The notes below the pieces were generated by a model, which searched no databases, was not told the origin of the DNA, and saw only the letters and a list, made by a program, of their open reading frames with translations. Shown one piece after another: positions 12,396 through 25,592 of a stretch of DNA of 64,000 nucleotides; within the stretch, counting starts at the first letter, position 1; each line of letters starts with the position of its first letter. The DNA lies in NCBI GenBank assembly GCA_030295235.1, contig AP026131.1:186001-250000 (forward strand), in the 5' to 3' direction. This DNA is from Fistulifera solaris. Taxonomy: Eukaryota. The translations under genes and the position numbers were made by a program.

Positions 12396-12881
12396 AATCA
12401 TGCTTCTTCACTTTGTTGATGCGTTCTGTTCTTTATTTTCGCTGTAAGGGAACACACGCCAAACGTGCCATTATTTGTACTTGGGAATCGAGCCTCCAGC
12501 ATCCAACATCCACTATCGAATCTCTCTTAGAAACAAAGGTCTAATGAGTGTGCAATAGCAAGAAGCAGGACCCACAAACGTTGTCAAGTTCCCAGTTCCC
12601 GATCCATAACAAACAATTCGGTTGTACATTTTCATTACAAGATGCAGGATGTACGATGTAAGATACTGTAAATCAATTATCAATTTGTCGATGTGTGATT
12701 AACAGTTCGTCCAAAAGAACACACTCGACTTCGAAATGACTTGTGTCACTTGCCACCCACCATTCCGCAAGATCCGAACCATTGAACCTCTGCTCACATA
12801 AAAGCGAACTGATGCACATTCGACCAAAGAGACGGCGATCAACCACAAAATACTAACGTTATCAAATCGCAAACAAAGGAA

Positions 12882-13589
12882 ATGCTATCCTTTCAAGAAA
12901 ACCAAGCTGCGATCTATCAGCTCCTGTTGAGCGACATGAGTAAGACGGCGACGCTCACGCTACAGGAAGTCGAGAAGACACGCATCACGTCATATGAGTT
13001 CGACGATGAGCCCATTCCTTTGAATTGTTCTGACCTTTCTCTTTCCCTTGAGCCACAAACGTCTTGGACTGAGTCTCCTGCATCCGGTCGTCATCTTTTT
13101 CAGTCAAGTAATCATCAACGCGGTGAAAGCGTGATGTCTGAAGCTTCCAACGGAAATCACTGTAAAGTCAAAAGCATTGACGAGTTGTTCCCATTGTGTC
13201 GAAGAAGCTTGGCCACTGCATCAGCCTGTTGCGGTCCGAATGAACACGATATAGTGTGCTCTCGAGGAAAAGTCTTTTATAAACTTCCCGGTAATATTCG
13301 ATTTCGCGAAGCCATCCGAGCCTATATGCCCAAGTATATGAAGGCTACAAGTAAAATGGACAAGTCACTCATCATCGATAACATCCTTGACATTACAGTG
13401 ACCGTAGACGCCTTCGGCAGACCGTCTCGATTCTTGAAGTATCACTCACAAACCAGGTCATGGAGTGTCATGGGGCATGATCAAGTTCGCGATAAAGTGG
13501 GTCATGCACTTCGAGAGGCGGTGTACGATATGGAACGAGAAAGGAAGATGAAGGCCGTTATTGATGCGAGGAAAATGACACAATGGTAA
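12882..13589 (+). CDS. DUF6824-like domain protein, paralog 1
   Basis: PNEHDIVCSRGK...GNIRFR...KMDKSLII...RFLK...W...VRDKVGHALR, the pattern of a diatom-expanded domain. Confidence 0.8.
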   Translation: MLSFQENQAAIYQLLLSDMSKTATLTLQEVEKTRITSYEFDDEPIPLNCSDLSLSLEPQTSWTESPASGRHLFQSSNHQRGESVMSEASNGNHCKVKSIDELFPLCRRSLATASACCGPNEHDIVCSRGKVFYKLPGNIRFREAIRAYMPKYMKATSKMDKSLIIDNILDITVTVDAFGRPSRFLKYHSQTRSWSVMGHDQVRDKVGHALREAVYDMERERKMKAVIDARKMTQW

Positions 13590-13915
13590 GTAGAAACTTT
13601 CACGTTTCCTTGCTGTGAGCTGTGACTCTTCCGGCCAAATACTCGACAATTATATGTTCCCACGATAAAAATAATATGTGCTCTCTGTCATTGTAAGAAA
13701 TAAGTCTTTCGTAGTTCATCCCAATAACTTATTATTCGTACCCGAGTCCTCGCGGTGCAAACACTGATGATATATTTGCGTTCAGCAATGACGAAGATCA
13801 TCATCATCCATCAGCCATCAGTCATCTCAGTCATCAGTCATCAGTCATCAATCGTTATTACCAGTACCAGTACCAGTACGATGTAACAAGTCCAAGAACA
13901 ATAGAACAAGTATTT

Positions 13916-14311
13916 ATTTGGAATTACGGATTCCTGATCATACAGAAAATCTGCGGTGGTCCAGAATTCTGGACCAGTTGTTTCGATCCCACCGAGATGC
14001 TGTTTACATTACGAAACGCCCGGACACGTTGCTTGGGAGCATGACGAAAGAAAGTGCAAATCCTAAAAATTCAGGACACGATGTTTTGGATCATGACGAA
14101 AGAAAGTGCGAATTCCAGAAATTCTGGAATTTGGAATCACGTATTTCTGGTCATACAGAAAATCTGTTGTAGTCCAGAAATTCTGGACCAGTTGTTTCGA
14201 TCCCACCGAAATGCTGTTCACATTCCGAAACGTCCGGACACGTTGCTTGGGTTCATGACGAAAGAAAGTGCAAATTTCAAAAATTCAGGACACGATGTTT
14301 TGGATCATGAA
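13916..14311. repeat. Tandem repeat, ~213-bp unit x ~1.9, with internal CCAGAAWTTCTGG palindromes
   Basis: TCATACAGAAAATCTG at 13938 and 14151; TTTCGATCCCACCGA at 13981 and 14195. Related in reverse orientation to the array at 26353-26887. Confidence 0.85.
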
Positions 14312-14655
14312 AAGCGGGACAGTGGACAGTGAACAGTGACATAGGTCTTTGCTTCTTTGAGGCTAACCAGGAAAAAATTTGTACGATTTTGGTGTGTGCA
14401 ATGACTCAGCCAGGTCAACACGTATGGACTATAGTGTACACAAAGACTCGGAGAAATAGGATTTTTTCATGGAACGAAGTCTATCTGTTCTTCCCCTTCG
14501 GTTTGGTGTACTAAGTATCAAAGAAAATCGATGACGAATGCCCGAATTCCGAAATCCAAAGCCACACTGAGTTGACGCGGACTGATGTTCCAGAAAACGA
14601 AGAGTTCATTATTTTCCATGAAAGAAATTGGCTCAAACCGATAATCATTCTTTTA

Positions 14656-15446
14656 ATGCCTCCTTATCAAGAAACGATGCATTCCGCCCAAAGTAACGCG
14701 ACTTTCTTTCAACTGCGTTTGCTGAAGGTGATCAACAGCAAATCCTCGCTTTCCGACAACAGCACACTCTACTCCAGCGCTCCTCACGATCAGGTAGGAA
14801 ATAGAGATCTCCCATCACCAAATTGCTTTCCTTTTCGTTCATTCGAGACATTGGCAGTTCGTGCGGAGCAAACACCCATTGCCGGTTCACCTTTTTCGTC
14901 CACGAACCAATATTTCACCCCTTCAAAAGAAAGCAAGGCGTTCAACACGTTCGACGAGTCCACGTTGCTTGGATCAATAATGAAAAATTATACCAGCGAG
15001 GTCAGAGCGAGTGAAATGCCGAAGCGAGCCAGTTCGTTGCATCAACCCTCGGCAGTCGCTACCACAAGTTCCTCATCGTCGGCATCCTTTCCTTACGGTC
15101 CGAACGAACATGATGTCGTGTGCTCTCGAGGAAAAGTTTTTACAGTCTCCCTGGTAACGTTCGCTTTCGAAACACGATCCGCTGTTATATTCCTGTATAT
15201 CTGGCCGCATCAAGTAAGATGGACAAGTCGGCCGTCATTGATAAAATTGTCGACAACGCCTTGAATGCTACCAACGCTCCTACTCGTTTCATGAAATATC
15301 ACTCCCGAACTTGCACGTGGAGCATTATGGGACACGATCAAGTTCGCGATAAGGTGGGGCATGCCCTTCGAGAAGCGATTTATGAAATGGAACGGAACAA
15401 CAAGTCAAAGAATATCAGCGCACGGAAAAAACTAGCCAAGTGGTAA
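14656..15446 (+). CDS. DUF6824-like domain protein, paralog 2
   Basis: Strong similarity to the 12882 gene (GPNEHDVVCSRGKVF; MGHDQVRDKVGHALREA). Frameshift in the T5 run at 15137-15141. Confidence 0.8.
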
Positions 15447-15863
15447 ATGCACCTGATTCCTTCCCAATTTTAATGATCCCTTTGAGACTATAAAGTTCAT
15501 AGCACTTTGAAGATATATTTCATAAATCGAAGATGATACTACGAGTTGTTGATGCATAGAAGCATGAAGCGTGCAACAACGACAATAAAAAATACGTACA
15601 ATAACCTTACCTGGTACCAGGTACAGTACAAAGCAAACCGAACAGCGGAAAAAAGAAGTTCGGTTAAGGTTTGGGAATAGCCGTTAACCTTAGAGAAACT
15701 TCTTGCACCTTTTTTGCGTTGCATTAGTCTATTTATTTGCGTTTTTATTATTTGCGGTCGCCACTGTCACAATTGATTGACAATGACAATCAAATAAATA
15801 CTCCGTAAACGATAATCTACTTGTAAGTCCCTCTTCTACATTGGGACTTCTTCGACGTATACA

Positions 15864-17324
15864 ATGTCGACCGACAAGCTTTCAGCTGTTGCAAAAGAAG
15901 CCGCAATTCAATCCTTTGTAGAATTCATTCGCTTCCCCACAGTCTCTTCAACCGGCCCGGAAACCGGATCTTACCGCGATTGCGCCAACTGGCTCAAAGA
16001 CCGTTTGCAATTCTTGGATGAAGTCTTTTTCTTGGAGGACGCTCCGGATCATTCTCCCGTAGTCGTCGCACGCTGGAAAGGTCGAGACGATACTCTGCCC
16101 GTGTTGCTCCTCAATTCACATTATGACGTGGTCCCCGCAGAACCGAGCGATTGGTCGGTTCCTCCCTTTGAAGGCCTACGGAAAGAGAAAATGGGGTCTC
16201 CAGTGATCTACGGAAGAGGTACACAGGTACGATCGCTATTGCAAAGAAGCTGAGATTTAGAATCTATTCCGCCTCTCAGTATTCTCTCTTTTCGCGTAGG
16301 ACATGAAATGCGTGTGTATTCAATACATCGAAGCAGTTGCCCATCTAAAAGCCGAAGGATTACAACCAGCACGTGACGTTTATTTGACATTTGTGCCAGA
16401 TGAAGGTATGTCGCTTTACCCACGAAATTGTACGCGTTGTCGATCATTCTTCTCACTTTTTCTTTCGAAACAGAAATCGGAGGCTCTGGCATGGCCGCTT
16501 TTCTAGATTCAGCGCTCTACAAATCATTACCAGGCATTGCATTAGCATTAGATGAAGGATTGGCTAGTACGACAGATGTATTTTCTGTATTTTACGGTGA
16601 ACGATTGCCGTGGTGGGTGGAGGTAACGGCTCGTGGCCCTACCGGACATGGGAGTCGTTTCATTGAGAACACGGCGGTTGGTCAGTTACTGGAGTTTGCA
16701 CAAAAGGCGATGGAATTTCGTTCGGGTCAAAGATCGCTGCTCGGTTTAGATGAGCATTCCAACTGCGCCCATGCGGCAGCGAAAAAGACGCTAGGGGATG
16801 TAACATCCCTTAACATTACAACATTGCAGGCGGGAGTCAAGGCGGGAAATTCGTATGCTTACAATTGCGTTCCACCGGTGGCTACATGCAGTTTAGATAT
16901 CCGCATTTCGCCGCACATGGATCCTCAATCAATGGGCTCGTTACTCGATCAATGGTGCTTGGAATGTGGAACTGTAGAATGGAACTATATCGGCGGCCAA
17001 GGCAATCAATCGACAACACACGCTGTTACGTCGACTGTTTCAAATCCATGGTATGATGTGTTTGCTAGCAGTTTGCAGAAAAGAGGCTACCAGGTGGAAC
17101 CGTCTGTCTTTCCCGCAGCAACTGACTCGCGCTTCTTGCGTGCGCTCGGCATCCGCGCGTTGGGTTTCTCTCCTATGCGAAACACTGAAATCAAACTGCA
17201 CGAGGTCGATGAGTATATTCCTGAACATGCCTTTTTGGAAGGCATTGAAGTGTTTATAGGTCTCCTTCGAGACTTGATGTCTCAGGGCAAGGATATGGAG
17301 GAAAAGATCAAGGAATCTCCATGA
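15864..17324 (+). CDS. ACY1: Aminoacylase-1 (M20 family)
   Basis: [40 protein letters not shown] and LHEVDE motifs. Introns at 16227-16299 and 16406-16473. Confidence 0.93.
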
Positions 17325-18355
17325 TCGCTGTCTGCGAACGCTGCTCTCGAACTATACCGTTAAACCACTTGCTATCGACTTAAAGCCGGATAAATCGATC
17401 GTTCCTCGCCCAAACTTAATCTCTCGCTACACTTAAATCTTTTCCGTACAGGAAATTACCATTATTTCGGAGTCATACGAATATCATTATTTCGTCATGG
17501 TACCTGGTAGTCGTGCTTTTATCACCGTGGGGGTCAATTCCAGAATAGATGCGTTACCAGCAAATCTGGTTGTGGGGTGTGGCAATTACGTTTTGATTCA
17601 TAACTCATGACTGAAATGCAGTCGTGGTCTCCCTGAACCATCACTTTGGGTCCATAGTAAATATGGACAACAGCGTTTCGCAAGGCTCTTTAACGAAAAA
17701 TTTATTGGCGTGTAATGCAAACGCTGCTAAAGCCTTTTGCAATGGAACAGTTACAAACGGAGCTCAAGAAAACTTGCTGAACCACGAATTGTCGGTAACA
17801 TTGTCGCTTGGAGAATATTAATTCATTTTTGAATACCAATTGTGGCGAGATACGGACAACACTATAGTCTATAGTGAAACGTGGAGGACAAAGGTTTGCA
17901 AGCTTTTCGATGTAAAATTAACAATACGTGTGATGGAAACGCTACCAAAGCCTATCTTATTGTAGCAGAGACAAATGGAGCTTAAGAAATCGGGCGAACG
18001 AACAACTGGTAGGCAGCATTGTCGCTCGAAAGAATATTTATCCATGACTGAATTGCGGTCTTGGATAAGTTGGGGTTTACATGCGAGGCAGACGGAATTG
18101 CTGAATGATTGTCTTGGAGTGTGTGGTGATTTCACGTTCCCTGAAAATCTGGTTCTTTGTTGTTTCTCACGCAATCAGGGGATGCGGAGCTTTTTCACCT
18201 TCACTATCTATCGTCCACTCATTTGAGAATAAAATAATATACTCCGTAACAATTACGAAGCAATTCAGTAAACGTAACAATAAACGTCAATTGAATCAGG
18301 CAATAAAAACCGGCGCAATAAGGGCAGTAAACAACTTTTGACGCATTGATTTCCG

Positions 18356-20080
18356 ATGAACGCCGACTCCTCGGCTCATTCTTTCTCCGCTAAATCTGCC
18401 TCGCAAACGCTGGCAAAATCACACCGAGGGCCTAAACCACGCTCTCAAAGAAATCGGAAACGTACTCGTCCAGATGTGAACGAGGAAGCCATGCAAAATC
18501 TTCGGTTTGAAGTCGAGCACCTTTCCGGCAAGCAGTGGCTTTTACATCTCCGTCCTTACCCCTACACATTCGAAAGCTTTGCAAAGTCACGCTGGGTAGG
18601 CCGCACAATATTAGACGTCTACACCGATGAATTTAAGAGTTATCCGCGCTCGTATTACAAGGAAGCGATACAACAGGGTCGTATTCAGATCATTCACAAA
18701 GATTGCCCCAGTCCAGTGACCGTTACTTGCGATTACGAAATCCAAGGGTCAGATGTCCTCGCACACACGGTGCATCGACATGAGCCATCCATTATGATTC
18801 ACAACAATCAAAGTCCCTTCATTTCTATAGTTGGCGAGACAGAGGACATCTTGGCAGTCGATAAGCCCGCCACTCTACCGGTCCATCCTTGCGGGGGATA
18901 TCATCAGAACTCGCTGATTCCGTTACTGGAAAGGACGTTGTACAATGAGAAAGACGACAACAAAAATTTATTCACTATTCACCGACTCGATCGGCTCACC
19001 AGCGGTTTGGTTATATTGGCAAAGAGAAGTCAAGTGGCTCGAACATGGACCCAGGCAATCTTAAAGCGCGAGGCGTGTACGAAATTGTATCTGGCCAGAG
19101 TTAAAGGAAGGTTTCCTTCAAACTTGAATCTTCCGAGAATAACTACCGATCCTCCAGTGAACGGAGAGTGGATGTCGCATGTATGCGATGGATCCGTTCA
19201 ATCGCTACGCAAGCGCTTTGCGCACAGCTATTGGATTACTTTACAATCGTCGAATACAGAAAAGTGTACTGCTCTGAGTGACATGTCGCTGGATGAGTTT
19301 TGTGTTACATCGAATGACGTAGAAAGCTGGCTAGCGTTCCTCTCGTGCTCGGATTCATCGTCGGATAGCACCCGCAAGATGCCTTGGCTTCACGTGGCCT
19401 GTCCAGTACGTGTTGTCAATTTCAAGGACGGAGGATGCGAAAGCGGGACATTCGATCATGTGGAAGACGATCTATACCGTCGTAATGTCAAACCCGCACA
19501 AACATCGTTTGCGGTGATTCGCTACGATGCCGAATCGGATTCGACGATTGTTCTTTGTCGTCCCAGTACGGGACGAACGCATCAGATTCGATTACATTTA
19601 CAAGCCACCGGGCATCCGATTGCCAACGACCCGAACTATGGTGGTGAAATATGGTACGGGAATCCCGAAGGCAAGAAGTTGTGCGATATGGCACAAAAGG
19701 AACTCGATGAAGCTGGTATAACAGCACTAGACGAACCGTTGGACTCGGACGAAGCGTTTCAAAACAGTGACGCAAGCAACACACTTTATCAAACAAAATG
19801 CCTTTCCACCAAAGACGTCCCCGCAACGGACGTGGAAGTAGAAGAAATGGCCCGTGCAGTACCTCGTGACGAAATGAACGAATCTTTAGAAGAATTCATG
19901 AAGAGAACGTGCGTTTGGTGTGCGCGATGTCGGGGACAGTCACTTACGAAACGATCTCGCCTCGAGTTTCTGGTACGTAGTCAAGGGATCTGGCTCCATG
20001 CTTTGCAGTATGAGATTCGAATCGAAGGCGTAGCAACCGCATTTCGCACACAAGTCCCTTCCTGGTGTCTTTTTACATAG
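18356..20080 (+). CDS. RluA-family pseudouridine synthase (RPUSD2/Pus9-like)
   Basis: KSRWVGR, HRHEP, VDKPATLPVHP, HRLDRLTSG, TGRTHQIRLHL, GHPIANDPNY and IWLHA motifs. Confidence 0.93.
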   Translation: MNADSSAHSFSAKSASQTLAKSHRGPKPRSQRNRKRTRPDVNEEAMQNLRFEVEHLSGKQWLLHLRPYPYTFESFAKSRWVGRTILDVYTDEFKSYPRSYYKEAIQQGRIQIIHKDCPSPVTVTCDYEIQGSDVLAHTVHRHEPSIMIHNNQSPFISIVGETEDILAVDKPATLPVHPCGGYHQNSLIPLLERTLYNEKDDNKNLFTIHRLDRLTSGLVILAKRSQVARTWTQAILKREACTKLYLARVKGRFPSNLNLPRITTDPPVNGEWMSHVCDGSVQSLRKRFAHSYWITLQSSNTEKCTALSDMSLDEFCVTSNDVESWLAFLSCSDSSSDSTRKMPWLHVACPVRVVNFKDGGCESGTFDHVEDDLYRRNVKPAQTSFAVIRYDAESDSTIVLCRPSTGRTHQIRLHLQATGHPIANDPNYGGEIWYGNPEGKKLCDMAQKELDEAGITALDEPLDSDEAFQNSDASNTLYQTKCLSTKDVPATDVEVEEMARAVPRDEMNESLEEFMKRTCVWCARCRGQSLTKRSRLEFLVRSQGIWLHALQYEIRIEGVATAFRTQVPSWCLFT

Positions 20081-20350
20081 ATTCTTTGATAAATGTGGTG
20101 CGGGTCTGTCGCAAGAGGCTGTGCTAAAACAAATTAGAAGAGACGACTTGATCATGGTAAAGACTAAAGCTATTTATGATTATATTTATTTATATACATT
20201 TCTATTAAAGAGGAATCGATCATCGATTCAAGATAACCGAAGGTACTTGAATCATCGCGGAACCTCGCGAGGAGAGTCAAAATACGAATGTGAAGTATGA
20301 TAAAATGCACGATGCTTGTGACGAACAAGCCATTTCAAAAAGAACAGTCT

Positions 20351-20698
20351 CTACAGTTCCAAATCAAAGATACCATCGTAATCTTCTTCGTATGTGTGAG
20401 CGTGAAGAACTCTTCTTTGGGTGGCTAATGATTGGAAGGCTCTTCTTGAATCCTTCGAATGCAAAGGCTCTCTCCAAGACCCATCGTACGATCCTTGGCT
20501 CTTGTACAAAGGCTTATAATGTATAGGGAATCTTCGTGACGAATAGATACGATGGTACATTTCCAGATCGCGTAACTCTGCCATGGCTTCTCCTTGCAAC
20601 ATTTGCTGCTGACGAGCAAAGTCGTCACTGGAGATTCGATTTCTATTCCCAGGAATACGAACTTTTGGAGATCGGGGTGAAGCGTAACTAGACGTCAT
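20351..20698 (-). CDS. Small hypothetical protein
   Basis: ATG-initiated ORF with a DLEMYHRI segment and an acidic EEDYDGIFDLEL C-terminus, a pattern I associate with diatom small proteins (recalled, not searched). Confidence 0.55.
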   Translation of the reverse strand: MTSSYASPRSPKVRIPGNRNRISSDDFARQQQMLQGEAMAELRDLEMYHRIYSSRRFPIHYKPLYKSQGSYDGSWREPLHSKDSRRAFQSLATQRRVLHAHTYEEDYDGIFDLEL

Positions 20699-21645
20699 TG
20701 TGCGATTGACTGATTGCTTTTCTGGTTTGCTTTGCAACGTTGATGGTAATGTGAAGATTATAAAACATTAACGACGTTGTTGAAACATGAACGATGGCAA
20801 TTGATATCCTGTTTTTATGTTTTGGAATGGCCGAGACCCGCGATCTGCGTGCTTGAAAGAACATCGAGCCGAGAGGCGTTCCGTTTTGACTGGAACTCAC
20901 CGTTGTGTCTTCCAATGAGTACAATCCGTGATGGCCATGACGTATGCGAGGTGCGTGATTCGCACGAATCTTTGTCGGTCGGAGTGACCGTTTGAGGTTC
21001 GAAGGAATTCATATAGGAATTAAAGTACGAGGGAAGATTCTTTAGGAATTGATTGTATTGGTCGCCACGTGGCGTGCATTATGTGTCACTACAGCATGAA
21101 CCGTGAAGAACACCTCGCTAAAGTGAGTCGTGGAATAAACTCATCTCATGATTCATGATTCATGACTCATGAATGTCTAGATCGTGTATCTTTGACTAAG
21201 ATTATTATTTGATGATGATTCGTCTACAAACTACAAAGCAACGGATCTGGGAGCGATAAATTGTCAATCTCACACTCCCAACTAATCGTTAAATGCTCCC
21301 AAGCAAAAGGCAATAACAATAAATCAATTATAAGATCCGTCAACAAATGAGCGGTCACTCTAGAAAAATAGAACCGATAGGTGCTTCTCAAGTTCATTAA
21401 ATTTAATAAGTTGACTTTAAAACAATCCATTGGCAAAGAGAATGTGATTCATCGTTTCGATTCGCGCTGTCCAAGTCGTGATTCGGCGAATCTTTCCCAT
21501 TTTACCAAGCTGATGATTCGTCTCGTGGACTTGCAAATACAGGCGTCGAAGAAATGAGAAGCAACATTGTGCGGACATTGTGCGGTTAATAGCGGCCGTT
21601 CTCAAAGTATAATTGTGAGTATGTGCTCAGTTGCTGAAAGGTGCT

Positions 21646-23146
21646 TCATACAAACAACGGTCCAAATTTTTCTACACCTTGCTGAAGTATCAGAACAGTC
21701 GCTACACTCAGAATAGCAGCAACGGAAACTTTCCCTCCCGGAACAAGAGGTGGAGTCGCCAACGGAGTGTTGCGCTGGTAGCGTTCTTGCCAAATCAACA
21801 ACGGGGGCAAAACAAGAAACAATGTACTGACGCCAAATGCTCCACCGTAGTCGAGTGCTTGAAAGAAAATGGCTGGATTGAACAAGGACAAAAGTGTCGG
21901 CGGGACGTAAATCAACGCGAATAATGCCAACTTGTTTGATGGTTTCAACTGATCCACACGCCACTGCAGCACATCCGTCCATGCATCGAGTAGACCGTAC
22001 GTGAATCCAATGATACTGGTCAACAACGCGAGCGTTGAAAATGTGGTGACGAGCGGTCCCAAAACTCCCATATTCTGATCTTGCTGCAACAGTGCTAGCG
22101 GATCGACATCCATAACACCCTGGGGAACATTGGCCAACACAACCGCGTTCCACGCGATAAACATGATGAGCGGGATGATAGTACCCGTTGTCAAAGCCAG
22201 AGTAATCTTTCTACGGTCACCCTCCAGCTGTTGCACTACCGTAGGAACGATGTTTTGGTATACCAAAGCCAGCAGAAGAATGGGGAAACAGGAGAGAACG
22301 GCCGATGGGTTCGCTTGCGTGACAAGAAGACTCCAGTCGGCACTATTCGCTCCCACAGCAACAATGGCTACAAAAGCAGCCGCCACGCCGAGCACCATAA
22401 TATTGTTGGTTTGTTCAATGATACTGGAGGAAGCCAAGAACAAACCACTAGACGTGAGTGCTGCGAATACGACCGGCCCGCTCACGTTCTCCGGCAGCAA
22501 GAAGTCGACGTTAACACCGCCCTGGGCAATGTAGGCTACCATCATGGCATAATGCAAGAAGAAATAAGCAGCACTACCGATCGTTTTCCATGGATTTCCC
22601 AAACTGTCGAACAATTCCAGTAGTCCCAAGCCCGGCTTTCCGGTCGTAACCCATCGATTGAGGGTTAATTCAGCAATGAATAATCCGCTCGCGGTCATGA
22701 TGACCCACGCGACTAACAAAGCCGTCGTTGAAGGAAGGAATCCTGCCGAAACGGTTGCCGCTGGTAAAGCCAAAACACCCGCTCCTACGGTAGTACCGGC
22801 GACAAGTGCGGCAGAGCCCCATACACTCCCCCTCGTTTCGTCTCATTTGATTGGCTTGAGGAGAGTATTCGAGAGCGCTCAACAGTCGTTCGGGAGATGA
22901 TTCAGCATCTATAAACAAGAATCGACTGGAATCAATGTTCGAATCAATCCATGAATTTGATTGAATTACTGTAGAAACATCGGTAGATTGTTCTTTCTCG
23001 CTCGTGACTTCTTCGGTCGATGACGCTCGTCTTTGAAACAAATTACTCTGACAACAGCAACGAGCTGCCGCTCTCGGAATAAGCAAGCTTTTTACATGTA
23101 TTAATATAGTTGTCGTTGCTAGCAATAGAGAGTGAATTATTCGCAT
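21646..23146 (-). CDS. Aromatic amino-acid permease (TyrP/Mtr family), probably plastid-targeted
   Basis: GSAALVAGTTVGAGVLALP, YFFLHYAMMVAYI, YQNIVP and ALDYGGAFG motifs, with many TM helices and an N-terminal signal peptide. Frameshift at the C5 run 22828-22832. Confidence 0.88.
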
Positions 23147-23975
23147 GCTTTTCGTTCTTCCTTTCGAAACTCACTCAAAACATTACAAGTGCATTGCAAC
23201 TTGCAACTTTCTTGCAACGCGAGGCGAAGTGTTCTTTTCTTTTTTTCGCCTCGCCGACGCAGAGGTTGACGTCAGCAAAAGTTCTTTGTATAGGACGCAA
23301 AGTGAGTGGGAATAACAGAGTTACAGATTTTCCGACTGATTCGAGATAAGAATAACGTATTTACTATAGTCCAAAGTGTTGTCCGTGTTTCGCACGACTG
23401 CACTTCAGTCATGAATCAATACCTTTTGAGCGACAATGCTTCCTACAATTCGTTCTTTCGCCAATTATCCTGAGCTCCACTGGTTGCTGTTGCAATTAAA
23501 TAGGCTTTAGCAGCGTTTGCATTACACACCTTCATATGTGCACGTCAAGGCCAACGTGTTGGTTTGAAGAGACCACGATTGCATTTCAGTCATGAGTCAT
23601 GTATCGCTATTTTTTGTTAACACCTCACCGCAACAATTTCCTTTTGCTAGTACTGTACGAATAACATGATTCACCTCTTCTACATTCATTTTTGTGCCGC
23701 AGAAGGCGCTAGCCAAGAATCTTTGACATAGGAGGTTGATGGCAGCAACAGCAAAGTATAGAGAAAGCAGCCACATGACCCATGACTGGATTTAGTCATG
23801 AGTGCATTATCTCTCTCTATCTTCTCTCTCGTTTATTTTCCGACCAATGACATCAACAAACTCGACGACTAAAACATAAAACGAAAAGACTTTAGACTAT
23901 AGATTACGCAAAATGAAGTTCTACATGTCTTTTGCTCGTTATTATGCTGAATAAGTAAAAGGAGGTAGCTCGACT

Positions 23976-25116
23976 ATGGAAGAAGAGGAGAAAAAGACCG
24001 ACGAATGTTTCGAATGGACATCTACGAACGATTTAAAGGGTTTTGTACCAAATCGACCCACCCCGATCTTGACCCCAATTATCAAACCTCTCAAACCTCA
24101 ACAAGTATCACCCGCGAAAACGACGAAACGCTCGAGTATTGCCGTGGCTTTGATTCTATTCGTTCTGCTGTGGTTCGGTATGCAATGGGTGTTTGCGGGT
24201 CCGCGAAATTTTCGAGCAACACCAAAGGGTCACGTAAAAGACAACAGCGTCTACACTCTTTGTGAAAACAATACGAGAGACTATAATAGGAACAATACAC
24301 GATTCATGATCGGCTCCTGGCAAGCCAACACGTGGATACCACCCGATGGCTGGGAGTACATCAGTCTTACCACGATGCAGCAGCTGTACACCAACAAAAC
24401 CATTGTGTGGCTCGGTGACAGTCTCAGTCGCCGCACTGCCTTGACATGGCACTCGTTGCTGACGACTTCCGATCCGCAAGATGCTTCCCTCTTTTCGTTA
24501 TACAGTTCCACGATCATTGATGTGACCAAAGAGGAGGATGAGTACGAGTGTCCTCTGTACAAAAAAAGCAAACCATCGACCGAAAATCTGTCGCCTCAAC
24601 TCGACGTATCCGTTTCTACAAGTCCGGGAGAATTGCTGGAGACATGTGTTGCAATTCCTTCACGACGAAAACAAAAAACCCGTTACCATGTCGCATGATC
24701 CGGATTTGATAGTGGTAGCCGTCGGCACTTGGGATATCGATGTCAAAATGACGTGCCGACTTGACGATCATTATCCTTTGACCATGATTGTCGAGAAAAC
24801 GGTTGTTGCATTGAACCGTGTTGCTTCGAATCAAACACGAGTGGTGGTGCGGACGGCGGCCTATTCCGATTGGGGTGAAGAAAGGGCAATCGAGATCGAT
24901 GAATTGAATGAAGTTGTCATGGACCAGATTGACCAAATGAAGAATCCTTATCTGACGTATATACACTGGGGTGGTGCCATGAAACCTCGGGCCTTGTATC
25001 CCAATCGTATTACTGGAGATAATCGAGCCCATTTTGGAGTGGAGGGACGTCTTGTCTTAATTCACATGCTGACGAATCACTTACTGGATGTCGCTTTCTT
25101 TGACTCCGACGTCTGA
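23976..25116 (+). CDS. Type II membrane SGNH/PC-esterase-like protein
   Basis: One N-terminal TM helix, WLGDSLSRR, VAVGTWD and a C-terminal D..H (GDNRAHFG). Two ORFs are joined by a frameshift near 24640-24690. Confidence 0.7.
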
Positions 25117-25592
25117 AATTCGCGCAGGCTAAGTTTCCTTGTTCCGCACCATGGTCATTTAGAAAATCCTTTATCTTGAGAGTAATAAGGGCGATCGGTG
25201 ATCGTCGTAAAGGTTCGCCTCATTCCGGTAGACTTGTTAATCGCAGAAGATGAATTGGTGCTAACTCAGACTATCACGATTGACAGGTTCTTAAAGGTTT
25301 CACCGTTAACTGATGAACCAAATTGAGTGATAGGTGATGTGATAGTGCACATTTTGCTACGGATAACGATGAAAAACGTGTAGACTACGAATGTACGGAG
25401 TACCAGAATTTATCATTACCTGGTTCGGAAAGATTATTTGTTTCACTTATCCGCGCGTACTTTGTTTTTGACCGAAACTAAGATACGATCCTGTTGAGCT
25501 CTTAGAAAACTAGCGACCCTTCTCAGCAGAGATGCATTCGAAAAGAGAAAAAATGCCTCTTTCTCGTTAACCATGACTTTGCATTCCTTTCT

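Noticed and set aside
13918..14332. Short ORFs with repeated peptides
   Set aside because: They are translations of the ~213-bp repeat, with frames that differ between units.
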